The position numbers and the translations under genes are program-made. The notes beneath the pieces were generated by a model. That model was not told the origin of the DNA, made no database searches, and saw only the letters and a list, made by a program, of their open reading frames with translations. From positions 26,474,001 to 26,538,000 of the forward strand of contig OZ038379.1 in the NCBI GenBank assembly GCA_964036045.1: a stretch of 64,000 nucleotides of DNA, read 5' to 3'. Positions 1 to 12,584 of the stretch are shown in pieces. Within the stretch, counting starts at the first letter, position 1. Each line of letters opens with the position of its first letter. This stretch comes from Eutreptiella sp. 'Long Island Sound 2002'. Its lineage: Eukaryota; Protista; Euglenida.

Positions 1-419
1 AAAACAAACCATGTGACGCAACCTCTGTTTGCCTACAACAAACACTCAAAAATCAATCGGACATCAGGCTGTAAATGGTATTTACTTCATGTCAGTGGAG
101 CAGAGGCACACCATGGTCTAGTGGTCTACGCCCTACTCTCATGATTGATAATAATAGTAGGGTCAAATCCTGCAAGGCATACTTTCATTATACCACCAAT
201 CAGTGACCCCACCCCACAAAAAATGTCTCAACCCTGCTAAACACAACACAAACCAGCAACACAAAGCAAGCTGCAAAAGGCGCATAAATTCATTCATCCG
301 AATCTTGTGTGAGGGCTCAGTTGCCCGTTTGCACAGTGCTTCCCCATGTTTGCAACACCATGCAAATGTCCAAACGTCCAAAAGTGTTCAACCGGAACAG
401 CAACAATTTGTTCGGTGTG

Positions 420-1964
420 AACCACTAATCCAGGTAGCAGCATCTAGGACGCCATCTCCCGCAAATAGGGCACACTAGCATGCTTCGCAGCCAAGCAACT
501 TGCTCAAAATCGCGCACCTGCATGGCCATCTCTGTGGCCCCCGGCCATGGTTGTAGGCTGAGAACCTCCGCCTCTTCATCCTCCTCGTGCAATTCCTCAA
601 GCACATCAAAGGGGCTATTGTACCATCGTGTTTGTCCATGGTGCCTTTGCAACCAAGCATGCTGCACCGTAGGCAAATCCCCTTCGCACAGCACGTGCCA
701 CCACAATGTTCATCAGCTCATATCATGGATGCATTGCACTCGGATCTCAGAGCAACCAACGTGCCTTGCATGGGTGAACACAAGGCGTCAACAACAATCC
801 TTGGTTTCATTAAAAATATGGTGCATGGCACCACCACGGGCCTCATCTGCCCTCAAGAGCGTCAAAGTTGCATCCCTCTCCTTTTTTATGATGGTGGGCC
901 GGTAATAATCTTCAACCCAATTGGACCCACACACGCGACCGCCCACCGGTGTGTATGCCCTAAAAATTGGACGGTTTCGTCCACAATGGTGCGAGAGCAA
1001 CTGTTCTCCATCAAAGCAAAAATCAAATCCTTTGGGAGGTCTTGCGGATCTTTTAACTAAAAAGTGTCCGCCAAGATGCTTGGGTTCCCAATTCCGCAAG
1101 GAGAGAAACAGGGCCTTGCCTCACAGAAGATATGCCGTTTGCTCCGCTGCAACTCAATCATCTCTTTCTTGTATTTCTTCTCCCTCTCCTTATACCATTT
1201 TTCAAGAATGTACTCTTGTTTCCTCTTCTTCTCATTATGCTCCTTCTTTTGCTTTTCCTGTGCCTTGCGGCGCCTCCCTCTCCTCAGACCCGCCAGTTGG
1301 CACCAGTTTTGCTCCGGCACATATATGTTTCACTCTTTCACTGTTTGAATGTCATGAGTGCCCAAAATCACATATCTTGTGATTGCGTCCTCCCATGTGT
1401 AGTCCACTTTCTTATTGCATAGCCGATAGTACAGGGAGCCATTGTACACATGCGGCCAGTGTTTCCTGGCCAGTGTTTCCTGTATTTGTCAACGTGGGCT
1501 CGCAAACGGACACGTTTTAGCACACGGGGTTTTTTACCTTTCTTCTGAGTTTTTGGGTGATAGGGCTTCACTGCTTTCCCTGAGCCTCTGCTGGCACCCC
1601 ACTTGACTGTGTAACAAAGAGGTGGCACCAGAAGAAGACTGTGCAGCAGGAGCGATGACTGCTGCAACCAAGAATCCACTGGCTGTGCGGCTGATGATGT
1701 GGCGGTAGACTGCATGGCGGGCTCAGCAAAAAAAGCACTAGGGTGTGGAGAGCAAACACACAAGTCGCAAGCTGCACCCTCACCAGCATCAGGGTGCTTG
1801 TCCCGCTGAAAACTCTGATCACCAGGAAGCAACGAATCCCAGGGGACCACAGAGGAACCTTTTGTGGGCAGAAATAACGCTTCATGATGTCCATCTGGAC
1901 AAAGAACATAACAAAGCATGAATTCTCCGACAACCCACATTAAATGGTGCGCATGACAGACCAC
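420..1964 (-). mobile_element. Degenerate coding relic of a dispersed repeat family; the CxxC...CxxC segment is shared with 21290-21600
   Basis: 1831-1908 aligns by eye with 21484-21561 (acgaatcccaggggacca...ccttttgtgg). Translations match: VPWDSLLPGDQSFQRDKHPDAGEGAACDLC vs VPWDSLSSADQALLRDKYPDAGEGAVCEFC. Frames are broken and no catalytic motif was recognised. Confidence 0.4.
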
Positions 1965-4776
1965 TGTGTTCCCAATGGGTCTGTACCTACACTGTACGCA
2001 ACGACAAAATTACGTCCCCTACAATGGACCCCAGCTGCCCCAGGACTTCTCACCCACACCCCACACACACCCACCAGCAATGCCAGCCCCTTTTTATGCC
2101 TACCCCTGGTAAAAAAATTAGCGTATTTTGGTTCATTTCACCGGGAAACCCTCCGTATCGGCGGAATGTATCGGCGAAAATTAGACACTGCATGTTTCGG
2201 CAGACAGCTTCAGCAGTGTTGGCGAGAGGTGGCCGCCGAAATGGGGGCTTGGTTGGCTGAGTGAGAAAATGCAGACAGGCGATTGCATATGCCCCCTGCG
2301 GTCCAAGTGTAGCCCAGAGCCCAGCCAGGTTTGACCCAGGACATTGTGCACTGTGCTTGCACCGTACATCTTTGAAAAAAAATGCCCATGTCCACTGGGC
2401 AACAGGGGCCTGAGTGCCTGCTAACTGGGGTGAATGCAGAACAGGTATGCACAGCGGGCACATCACTACCAGGACACCAGAGCACAGTGCAACACCACTC
2501 GATGGCCTCCTGCACATCTGCTCCTTCACATCCATATTCTTCATCAAAAATCCTTGTCCCTCGATACCCTATCACCCCGTCACATGCGCCTTGCGTCTGA
2601 TGCTTTCTTTGCTTGTCTGCACCCTTGCTGACAATGCTGTCTATCCTGACTGCCTGCCCAAATGCAGCTTCAATGGCTGGTTCTCATGGGATGCTGTCTG
2701 TCCATTTCCACTGCAAAGACGCACGCACTGGCACTATCCTTCCTCTCTTGTGCACCCATATTGACAGGCCCTCTCTGCCCTCCCATCTGCCATGCACACA
2801 TGATGTGGAATACCAACATTCTATCACCATCTAGCACCATGTGATGGACATGCATGCATTATTGATAGACAAAAATTTCCTTCTCCCACCTCCAGCGCTG
2901 CTTGTCATGTCAAACCCAAGACTGGCCAAGCCTGGTGACTTTCGGCAGGTAACTGTGGCCAAAATCCAAGGAGAAAAGGGGGGTGGGGTCACCTACTCAG
3001 ACCCAGGAGGCCACCCCCCTTGTCCACAGTCCAAAATCACCTTGCCACCAGAAGCACGGGAACACCAGCACTAGCACACCAACGCCCACATGCAAAATCC
3101 ATGAGTCTGTGTGCCTGGTGCGTCCAGGTCCCTTGTTTTGTGTGTCAGATGTACAGTCCACGTATATGTGTGCACATTGTTGGGGAGACAAAGCCACACT
3201 TGTGGTCCATCGCACACAGGACACAACCCACGAACATTTTCAGGGCCAAAATCACCACGAGAGTGCCACATAGACCAAAGCAAATCGTTAAAATTCGCCC
3301 TGAAATCACGGACGACATAACACTCTCCTGTCCAGCAAGACCCAACTGCGTTGGGTGCAACTCAGTAAGACTCAGCTCACACCCAACTTCGTCTGCCCGC
3401 CGGCGACCGGTGTGCCCTGGGCTGCAACTAATGCAGCAGAGGCAGGCCTCCTGCTCAGGTAGCCCACCTCTTTGTTGGTCAGCATCCTTTTGTCTGACGG
3501 ATTCCCTGATTAGAGACCGTTTGATACCCCAGGCCCTTGCATGGGGGCTCTATGCAGACGGCATGTCCTGGTACAAAAACCTTGTCTCTCCCACTGGCCC
3601 TCGCCCACAACTTATTGACTCATTGGAACTGATTGATGCCATATATAAGACAGTGCCTTTCTGCTTTGAAAGCCCAAGTTTCGCACCCTTCAGACACAAC
3701 TCCTCATGCATCCAAAATGAGCATTGGACAGGCACATGCGCACGCCCACGATGGTGCACATCACCATCACCATCCACAAGCACATGCACAGCCACATGCC
3801 CATTCCCCATGAGTCCCACCTGTTATAACGGAGTATCACGCGCACCGCGCGCTCGCACAAACTCGACAAACACGGGTGCTTTGCCCTTGGCGGTACGGCT
3901 CAGCAGTGGCCATTGCATCTTCGGAGGGTGGGTCCAGCTCTGCATTGGAGTACACACTATGAACTTTGGTTTCAGCAACCTGCGCCCATACTGGCCCAAA
4001 GCGGGGGATAGAAGAGTCCACGGCGCGGTAGTAGCTCCGCTTCCGGGCGCCCTAGAAGCTGATCCCTTGTCCCACGGGTGCGGCACCTCCCCTCCGTTTG
4101 AACCACCCGTTCTTCCCCTCAAATGCCTCAGCGGCATCGCACGCTGCCTTCAATTCTGTGCTACAAAGCATTAATTTCTGGACCGTGGGGGCAATGCGCG
4201 CGCAACACGTCTGATAGTCCTCCCACAGCTGACCCACTTCTACCTTTGACGCCAAACCCACAGATCTCATGCTGCCCAACTGTTAAGGAGGTCCAGGGAG
4301 GAGACCCTGCTTGGGTCGCCAGTGGATAGTGCCGCGCCCGACGACACCCTTTAGCCACGCTGCTGGCCATTGCCAATGTAACAGCCCCTTGGCATGAGGT
4401 GGTGGTGGCCTTCAGATGACGTCGTTCCACCTGTCAGCAAAAAGGCAGGCGCATCAGGGGAACGTGGCCTGCATCCACCCTCGTTGAGGAAGGTGTAGAA
4501 AGGCATCATGGGTCACCGCCCATCCAGACTTTGCATAAGTGGGTGTGCCTGCACCGTGCGCTCACCACATTGTGAGGCCGCCAGAAACAGCATCAAACGG
4601 CGGGTTAAGCCTTCCCAACAGATTCGGAGGCACCTGAAATAGCCACATGCTCATCTCCGTCGGGTGATGGTTCTCCTTTTAGCAGTGGTTTTGTCTTTCA
4701 CAGAAGCTTCACGTCAAATTGCACAGGTATGCAACCGTCAATCGCTGGGTGTTGGGCATTGTTTGACCGAGACCGC

Positions 4777-5751
4777 GCGCCTCGTTTAACGAGGCGCACG
4801 GGGGGGGGGGGGGGGGTTGGCGCTAACGAGGCGCACGGGGGAGGGGGGGTTGCGAACGAGGCGTGCGGGGGGGTTTTGGCGCTAACGAGGCGCGCGGGGG
4901 GGGGTTTGGCGCTAACGAGGCGCGCGGGGGGGGGGGGGAATTGGCGCGCTAACGAGGCGCACGGGGGGGGGGGGGTAGTCCACGTACAAGTCCGAGCATA
5001 CACAAGGCGGTGCACATACAAGCCGGTGCATACACAAGGCGGTGCACACACAAGGCGGTGCACACAAAAGGCGGTCTGTAGCCACCGCAGGAGTCTTGTT
5101 ATTTAAGGGGCCACAAGCACGGCGGTACACATAGAAGGCGGTGCACACAAAAGGCGGTACACACACAAGGCGGTGCACACAAAAGGCGGTCTGTAGCCAC
5201 CGCAGGAGTCTTGTTATTTAAGGGGCCACAGGCAAGGCGGTACACACACAAGGCGGTGCACACAAAAGGCGGTCTGTAGCCACCGCAGGAGTCTTGTTAT
5301 TTAAGGGGCCACAGGCAAGGTGGTACACACACAAGGCGATACACACAAAAGGCGGTCTGTAGCCACCGCAGGAGTTTTGTTATTTAAGGGGCCACAGGCA
5401 AGGCGGTACACACAAAAGGCGGTGCACACACAAGGCGGTGCACACAAAAGGCGGTCTGTAACCACCGCAGGAGTCTTGTTATTTAAGGGGCCACAGGCAA
5501 GGCGGTGCACGGGGGGGGGGGGGTTTGGTGCGCTAGCGAGGCGCACAGGGGGGGGGCGGTTTGGCGCTAACGAGGCGCACAGGGGGGGGGGGGTTTGGCG
5601 CTAACGAGGCGCACGGGGGGGGAGTTTGGCGCTAACGAGGCGCACGGGGGGGGGGGGGAGTTTGACGCTAACGAGGCGCACGGGGGGGGGGGGGGTGGCG
5701 CTAACGAGGCGCGCGCCGAGCCCGATTTGCGCCTTGTATAACGAGGCGCGC
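4777..5751. repeat. Composite minisatellite: ctaacgaggcgc+G-run units flanking five ~85-115 bp gtagccaccgcaggagt...ttatttaaggggccac units
   Basis: Tandem units are directly visible. The array is bounded by near-identical palindromes gcgcctcgtt-t-aacgaggcgc (4777-4797) and gcgccttgta-t-aacgaggcgc (5729-5749). Confidence 0.9.
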
Positions 5752-6210
5752 AGTTTCAGCCAAACACTCGTGTTGGGTGCACTAATCTGGGGTCACATCA
5801 TGTTGTAACTACGCTTACCGCTTAACCGCTTTGTTGTGGGCTCGTAGAGACCCAAGCATCATGATGCGTCGCATAGCACCGGTGCGCAAGCTTCTGTTTG
5901 CAACTGCATCTCACCGCATTGATGGCACACTCGAAGGCCCACTGACAGCGGTTGAGAACGACCATCAGTGTTGGCATGACAGCCACCGCGGGTGGATAAT
6001 AGGTGGAGGTTGCGAGTGAGGCGTGTGTTGGGGGTGAAGTGACTGAGACCACCTGACGGCAGCTGTGGGCCAAGCAGCGGTGCAGTAGCCAAAGCGTCAA
6101 GAATGCGAACCCTGGGCTGTGTGTGCAAAGGAATAAGCAAAGCCTGAGCCTGACAGCACGGCGCCAACACAATCAGACCTGGCCCACAGTCTCTTTCGGG
6201 CACCCGGGTT

Positions 6211-6352
6211 CTAGTATGAGTATTTCACTTTGCCCTTCATGATCTTTGCCTGACAGGCCAAGCGCTTGGTGGTCATGTCCCCAAGGAGGTTCTGCTCTGC
6301 TGCAGTGTACTCTGACAGATTTTCCATGCCCTCCTTGATATCAATCAAGCAG
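6211..6352 (-). CDS. fdx: [2Fe-2S] ferredoxin, last exon: (S)CLIDIKEGMENLSEYTAAEQNLLGDMTTKRLACQAKIMKGKVKYSY*
   Basis: Acceptor ctgcacAG at 6354-6353. Phase 2 matches the donor at 16239 and restores SCIEGTCKSC (Cx4Cx2C). RLACQ supplies the fourth Cys ligand. TAG at 6213-6211. Confidence 0.9.
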
Positions 6353-6722
6353 CTGTGCAGCGCGTGGGACGGGGCTGTGCCCAGGGTGTGGGGCTGCAAG
6401 CCTAGGTTGTGGGGTTGCAGACACAGGGCAACGCGGGCAAGGGACACAGGTGCCCGAGAACAGGGCTGCACTGCAAATTCCGTTTCCAGGCTTTGATTCT
6501 GCTGATGCTCTCTCCTGCCACCGTTGTTTTGTGCTTTCACTGTTTGCACATGCCGCCCCTACCCCTATCCCCTCCCCATTCCGACCGCGCCTCATCCCGT
6601 CCTGTCTTGCCCCCCAACTACGTCCCTTCCCCCCACAACCTACTCGCACCACACACACCCTGCAAGCCGCACTAGTCCGACACATGTACGTGCACAGGCA
6701 GCGACAGGCTGTGGAGGCCTTG

Positions 6723-6738
6723 TGTGGCCATCACAACG
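6723..6738 (+). repeat. 5' target-site duplication of the LINE (tgtggccatcacaacg)
   Basis: Exact 16-bp direct repeat with 15571-15586. Confidence 0.92.
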
Positions 6739-6795
6739 GGTGATTTGTTGCCGAACCTGCCCGAGGTTTCACTGCCATTTGTCTGATACCGCAAC
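6739..6795 (+). ncRNA. Candidate HDV-like self-cleaving ribozyme at the first base of the LINE
   Basis: P1 GGUGA/UCACU (G1.U pair); P2 GUUGC-c-G/C-c-GCAAC; P3 AACC/GGUU; L3 UGCCCGA (U20 and G25 equivalents); P1.1 GC/GC; candidate catalytic C at 6783. Folded by hand only. Confidence 0.6.
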
Positions 6796-6882
6796 CCCTG
6801 CTGCTGCGCCGTCGCCCCTCGCAAGCGGCGCCGCGCACACAACTCCGCCGCCAGCACCCCCGCGGACGTCGCCGCTGGCTGG

Positions 6883-9017
6883 GTGGACCTCATGGACGAT
6901 GCTGCTGTCAGTCGCGCCGTCGACGCTGCCATGGAGAGGCAGCTGGAACGCATTGTGAACACCGTCCTCGACAAGGTGGCTGCGCGCCTCCTTGGCCAGC
7001 CGCAACCCCCGGATCCTGGTCCAGAAGCTCCTGGGCCACCAGCCCCAATCCGGGGACGCCGCGACCGCTCACGGGCGCCGCCTCCCCCCCCCCCCCCCCG
7101 ACGGAAGTGGAGCGGCAGCGCGACGGTCTTCAACGCCAGGTGCAGGAGCTGGAGAGGGCGAACACGAAGCTGGCGGAGGAGCTGCGGGTACTACGCGCGG
7201 CCGTCGCGGGCTAGCCGGCGCCCGCCATGGCAGGTCTTCCCCTGGCCCACAACCCCTCTCAGGCTGTGTGTGCTACTGCGGCCGGCGAGCCAGCACCCCT
7301 GCGAGCGGCAGTGACAGCCGCAGGCGGCCAGCAGACGAGGCACCTCTGGGGGATAGCAGGCCGGCCTGGGCGCGCAAGCAGGCATGGACGTCAGCAGGTA
7401 TGCTCCTGGAGAGCTGTCGGCGAAGGCGCGGGGAAGCACTACAAACTGGACCATGGGCCGCAGTGCCGCTGCCGACCCGTCGCCGGGGGGCTGCCCCCCC
7501 ACCCGGAGGCGGAACCCCCACTGGGGTATCCGGGACCAAGCGGCCCGAGAGGTGCAGCGGGCGCAGGCGCAGCTGGCTGCCTGGCCAGTGCCGCAGGCGG
7601 CCAAGCCGGGCACATACGCAGGTGCGGCTGCCCGCCAACCTGGTATCCCCGCCCAGCCGCGTGCCCCCCCGCTGCAGCCCACGACGGACGCCCTGGTGCG
7701 GCTGTCCCCGTCGTCTACCGCAGTGTGGCCACGCCGGCCGTACAAGGGGGACGCACAGGACCTCCTGACGCCCCGCGGGGTCCAATAGATTGGGCCGGTC
7801 CGGCCCGTTTGCGACTGGAAAGTGCAGGGCAACGAGGAGGCCTTCCGACGGGTGGCCATAGTGGGACTGGGAATCCGGGCGGCACACGAGGCCGCCGACA
7901 CTGCCTTCGCTGCGTACGACCACGTCAAGCTGGGCGCTCGGCATCCAACGGGCCCGCCACTTGGCCGCTCGCACGGAGAACAGCTCGTGCACGTTCCACA
8001 GGGAGCTCGAAGGGGACCTCCACCCTCCGTCCGCGGCTGCCCACGTCCATGGGGGGGGGGGGCGTGATGTGGGGCGTCACAAGCGGGCGCAGGCGCGCCC
8101 ACGTCTCCCACCGCCCCCAGCGCGAGCAGTTGAGGCGCTGCTTGGACCCGGAGCATCGGGGATCAAGACGAAGGGGTCTAGCACCGCCATGACGCGGACC
8201 TCCAAGACTGTAGCGTCCGGAAGCAGCGCACGGTTGATGTCCTGCAGGTCCTCTTCCATGTCGTTGTCCTCCGCTTCTTTCTTTCGCGTCCACTGGATGA
8301 TCAAGAGGTGGCCGCGGGGCGAAGGGTCCTCGATCCCCTCCTCCGTGGTCTCCCAGGTGACCCTCTAGACGTCCGCCTTGAGGTGGAGGGCCATCCCCTG
8401 AACGGCCGGCGCCGATCTGTCGCATCCCAACGCGCGGAGAAGGCCCTCGCAGCTAACCTCGGATGCGCGGGCAAATGTCACCAGGAGCAGTGCCCGGATC
8501 TCGTGGAGAGACTGTGGATGAGGACAGGCTCCGGATGGGCCACACCGCCGAGAGCATCGTCCTGAGGCTGTTGGACACTGTGCTGGGCGCCACGGAGCTG
8601 GCAGCGGGAGCATTCGCCGGGGACAGACACGGGACGACCACGCCGGGCTGGCCTCGAACCGGGCGGCGAAGCGCGTTGGCCCGCTGGCTGGCGAGCGCAC
8701 CCGTGGAGCACGACGTGCGGGATGCGGCGGGGGGCTACCTAAGCGCCACGTGGCTGCGCCCCGACGTGAAGGCGTGCAAGGAGCAGCTCGGCGAGCCCCG
8801 GCTGGACGCGGGCGACGACATGCCCCGGGTGGGCGACGCTGCAGACTGCAGTGTCCTACGGCTAGAGGACCTCGAGCAGGACGCCACGGAGCTTGCAGCG
8901 GGGGCAGTCACAAGGGACACCGATACTGGGCCAGCCGGGGCGCTATCCGGGCCCAGCTCAATGACCTGGGGCGGTCACCAGATAGCCAGCCCTTACCCCT
9001 ACTCGCCACAGTGCTAA
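6883..9017 (+). pseudogene. LINE ORF1 region (coiled-coil, Pro/Ala-rich), frameshifted
   Basis: Successive + strand ORF pieces (MDDAAVSRAVDAAMERQLERIVNTVLDKV..., QVQELERANTKLAEELRVL...) lie between the 5' end and the APE. No recognisable domain. Confidence 0.55.
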
Positions 9018-9189
9018 CCTTGACACGGCCGGGCATTTGCACAATGCCACTACCGCCGCCCGCGCCATTGTGCCCACCCCTGCGAGGGCCTGCTGGACAC
9101 TGTCGCTAGGTCACTCCGACGACGGTTCACCCGTAACAGTCAGCCCACTGGTGTTCCTCAACACAGGTGGCCTGTTGCTGTTCTCGGTG

Positions 9190-9243
9190 GGCTTTCCGCC
9201 TTCTCTGTTAGTGTGTGGGGACATCGAGCCTAACCCGGGACGT
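9190..9243 (+). other. 2A-like motif 1 (SLLVCGDIEPNPG/R)
   Basis: Matches D(V/I)ExNPG; the final Pro is Arg (cgt) in this copy. Confidence 0.7.
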
Positions 9244-9379
9244 CGAGCCATCCACTGTGTTTTGGGGGACCTTGTCCCTGCTGATGCTTTTGCTCCTGAC
9301 GCCCCCCCCTCCCCCCCCCCTACCCCAGCCCCCCCCCCCCCCTTGGCGCCACAGCAGCCCGGGGAGCGAGCTAGCCCTA

Positions 9380-9430
9380 AACCCGGCTGCGTTGCTACAG
9401 TGTGGGGACGTCCACCCGCACCCGGGACCC
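9380..9430 (+). other. 2A-like motif 2 (AALLQCGDVHPHPG/P), directly N-terminal to the APE domain
   Basis: Variant of DxExNPGP, followed in frame by RRFIVSNATSL...ILAET (APE start). Confidence 0.65.
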
Positions 9431-10200
9431 AGGCGTTTTATCGTGTCCAATGCGACATCCTTGCGGGCGCTCTGGGCTGAGGTCTCAGACTGGGATGCAA
9501 TTGTCGTCATCCTGGCGGAGACCAGACGAACCCCACAAGGTCAGGGAATCATGTCGGGGCTAGCCCGGGAAGCGGGGTGGTAGGCGTTCTTGGGTGCCCC
9601 ACTGCCTTCCACAGGGGGGGGATCTGGGACGCCCCCCAGGGGGGGGGGGGGCTTGTTGGCACGCCAGGGCATACCGGTGCGCGCCGTGGACCTGCCGTGG
9701 AAGAAAGGGGACGACCCGCTACACACGGAAGTGTGGGAGTCATGCCGATGGATGCACGTGCTCATCGGCACCAGCACGGGAGACACCGCGGTGCACGTGC
9801 AGCCCCTGTATGGACACTCGGGACGCCCGGAAGAGAACACGGTGTTCTTTGGTCGCGTGTTGGAATACGTGGCCCGGCAAGGAAACGCCCCGCAGATACT
9901 GGGGGGCAATGTCGACGCCCCCCTAGACGACCTGCACCGCCTGCCGCCGGCGCTATCCATGACCCTACTAACGCGCAGGCTGGTGGACGCCGACGCGGAG
10001 ATGGCAGCGGCCATGGGACACCCGTGTGTGTGCCGCTATGAGGGCGGCGCCGGCATGAGCTCAACATGCATTGACGGCATCCTGGTTAGCACGGCCCTAG
10101 CCCCGGCCCTTCGATCCGCAGCCGCGCTAGAGGACACGGCAATCCCGGGCCATGTACCGGCGGCCTTTGACATTGACCTGGAGGCGGTGGCGCAACGCGT
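9431..10200 (+). pseudogene. APE-type endonuclease domain of LINE ORF2
   Basis: Motifs SNATSL, ILAET, QPLYG, ILGGNVDAP (GDxN-like), STCIDGILVS and IPGH; contains an in-frame stop. Confidence 0.85.
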
Positions 10201-10899
10201 CATCCGGTTTGTGAAACCGCCGCGGCTGGATATACTGTGGCGAGGACGTGAGGAGATGGAGACCCTGGCAGAGTGCCTACTCGGACCGCTGACGAGCGAA
10301 TGGGAAGGTGTGTTGGCACGAGGGGATGTGGACGAGGCCTTGGGGTACTGGACGTGAACAACAGAGGAGGTACTGCTCGCCCTCGCCGGGCCACAGCCGG
10401 ACCCCGCCAAAATTGACGGCCAAGCGCCCCTCCCGGCGGCACCAGCGGGAATGCGGCAGGGCCCGGGCACGAAGGCCCTCGTACGAGAGATTCGCCTCTG
10501 CCCGCAACAGCAGAAGCAGGGGGGGTGCCCGAGACGCTACCCCTGGTGCGCATCCACGGAGCGCAGGGAGCGCTGCGCACAGTGTTACGGTGGCTGCAGG
10601 ACCGGCAGAGGCGGCCGGGAGCGCCCCAACAGGGAGGTGCTGAGCGCCTGGGAGGCGGCCAAGAAGCGCCTCCGGAAAGTCCGGGAGCTGGGCCCGGAGT
10701 TCGAAAAAGTCCCAGTACTGGGGGAGGGAGACCCCCTGCGGCGAGAGGAGCCCCTCTTGGAGGCCATGGACGTCCTCCGGCGGGCGGCCAGGGCCCAACG
10801 AGCCCGAGAAGACCGCGGCCGCGTGCGAGCGTGGTGAGCGTGGCTCGAGCAGGCATGGTCGTCAAGTTGGGGCGCAATCTACCGCGGGCTGGGCGGTGA

Positions 10900-12100
10900 G
10901 GGCTTTGCCCGCCGGTGGTCTTCCCGACCCGCAAGGACGGCACCCCCACCGCCGACGTGGCAGAGATGGATGCATTGGTCCGGCGGGCGTGGGCGCCCAT
11001 CAATCAGAAGTATGGGCAGGAGCCGGAACCATGCCCGGAGGAATTCCTCAGGGCATACGGCCGCCACATACGGCGCGTACCCATGCTGCCCCAGCCGCTG
11101 ACGGGAGAACGCCTGCGCCGCACGGCCCGACGGATGAAGCCATCAGCGCTGGGGCTAGATGGCTGAAGCCTAGGGGACCTCAGAGCCCCCCCCCCCCCCC
11201 CCCGGCTACTAGACTGGCTGGCAGCGCTGCTCCGGCTAGTGGAGTCAAGGGGGCGCTGGCCAGCGAGGCTGGCGGAGGGGTACACGGCGCTGATACGCCG
11301 AAGGATGGCCCCCTTGGGCGCTAAACACCCGCCCGCTGATGGTACTGTCTGCAGTGTACCGTCTGTGGGCAGGGCTGCGCCTAGAGGAGGTCATCCTCTG
11401 GCAAGAGTCCTTGGCCCACCCCCTGGCCTTCGGCTTCCGCCCCAACCGGGGCTTGCTGGACGGGGCGGCGGTCACACAGCTCCTGCTAGAGCTCTGCCGC
11501 CTCCGCGGGTGGGTGGTAGTGGGGATGAGCATCAACTACAAAAAGTGTTTCGATCTCACCCCCCACGCCATCGTGCTAAGGGTGGCGGCGGAGCTCGGCC
11601 TAGCGCCGGACATCTGCAGGGCGATAGGGGCCATGTACCGGCAGCTCCGCCGGTCTTTTAAGATCGCGGGCTGCCTAGGGCTCTGGTGGCAAGCCACCAA
11701 TGGGATATTGCGGGCATGTCCCCTATGAGTGATCCTCGTTAATGTCCTAATGGGGATCTGGAAGGAGGAAATAGACTCCCTCCGACAGCAGGTCTACACC
11801 TGGACACGGGCACTGCCGCCGGCACGGTGGTTGCTGCCCACAGCCAACCCGGAGGAGCCCCCGGAAGTGGTCCTTTGGGACGCCGGCGGAGGGTATGCCG
11901 CGGTGGGGGCCTAGGGCTATGCCGATGACACCGAAGCCGTGACACCGGGAATGGGCCCGCTGCAGCAGACAATCCCGGCGACGGAGGGGAGCTCCGGCTA
12001 ATGGGGCAATGTGTGAGCGTGGCCAAGTCCACGTCGTTCTTGGAGGGATCGGACCACCCCGCCCCGCTGCTCCTGCTGGGGACCCCCATCCCCTGGTCAT
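10900..12100 (+). pseudogene. Reverse transcriptase domain of LINE ORF2
   Basis: Motifs ALGLDG, VLSAVYRLWAGLRL, AFGFRPNR, INYKKCFD, NGILRACPL and GYADD (11918-11929); stops and frameshifts present. Confidence 0.9.
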
Positions 12101-12584
12101 CGGAGTTCAAGCCACTGGGGGTGGGCATACGGATTGGACGCCGGCGGGGGCCGGGCCAACGCTGGAGGGCCGCATGGACTCCATCGGAGAGGTTCTGCTC
12201 CGGACGCCACACCTCCACACGTTCCAACGCTGGGCCACAGCCACGGCCGTAAAAGCGCTGCCCATGGCACTACACGGCGTGGCCCTGGCGGATGTCGAGC
12301 CCAGCCGGCTGTTGCGCCTGGAGTCCCGGGTCCTATGGGCAATCTGGGGCCCCACGCGCACGGCACTGGCAAAGGAGGTGATCTTCTGCCTCTTGACGCC
12401 GGGGCACCGCACGTCGCCCGTCATGTGCACACGATATGAGCGATTGGTGTGGCTGGCGCGCACGGCGCGGGAGGCGGGGGCAGCACAATGCCTGCTCCAG
12501 GCCATCTAGGAGGCTAGGCAAGCGCCCCCGCGCACAGGGCTAGCCGGACGCACGCTATGGACGGCGCGGGAGCAGGGATGGCGG

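Noticed and set aside
3020-4700. 384-aa + strand ORF and minus-strand pieces with faint pogo-like (GKNGWFKRR) or RT-like words
   Set aside because: No consistent ordered motif set in any frame; probably an old TE relic that I cannot assign.
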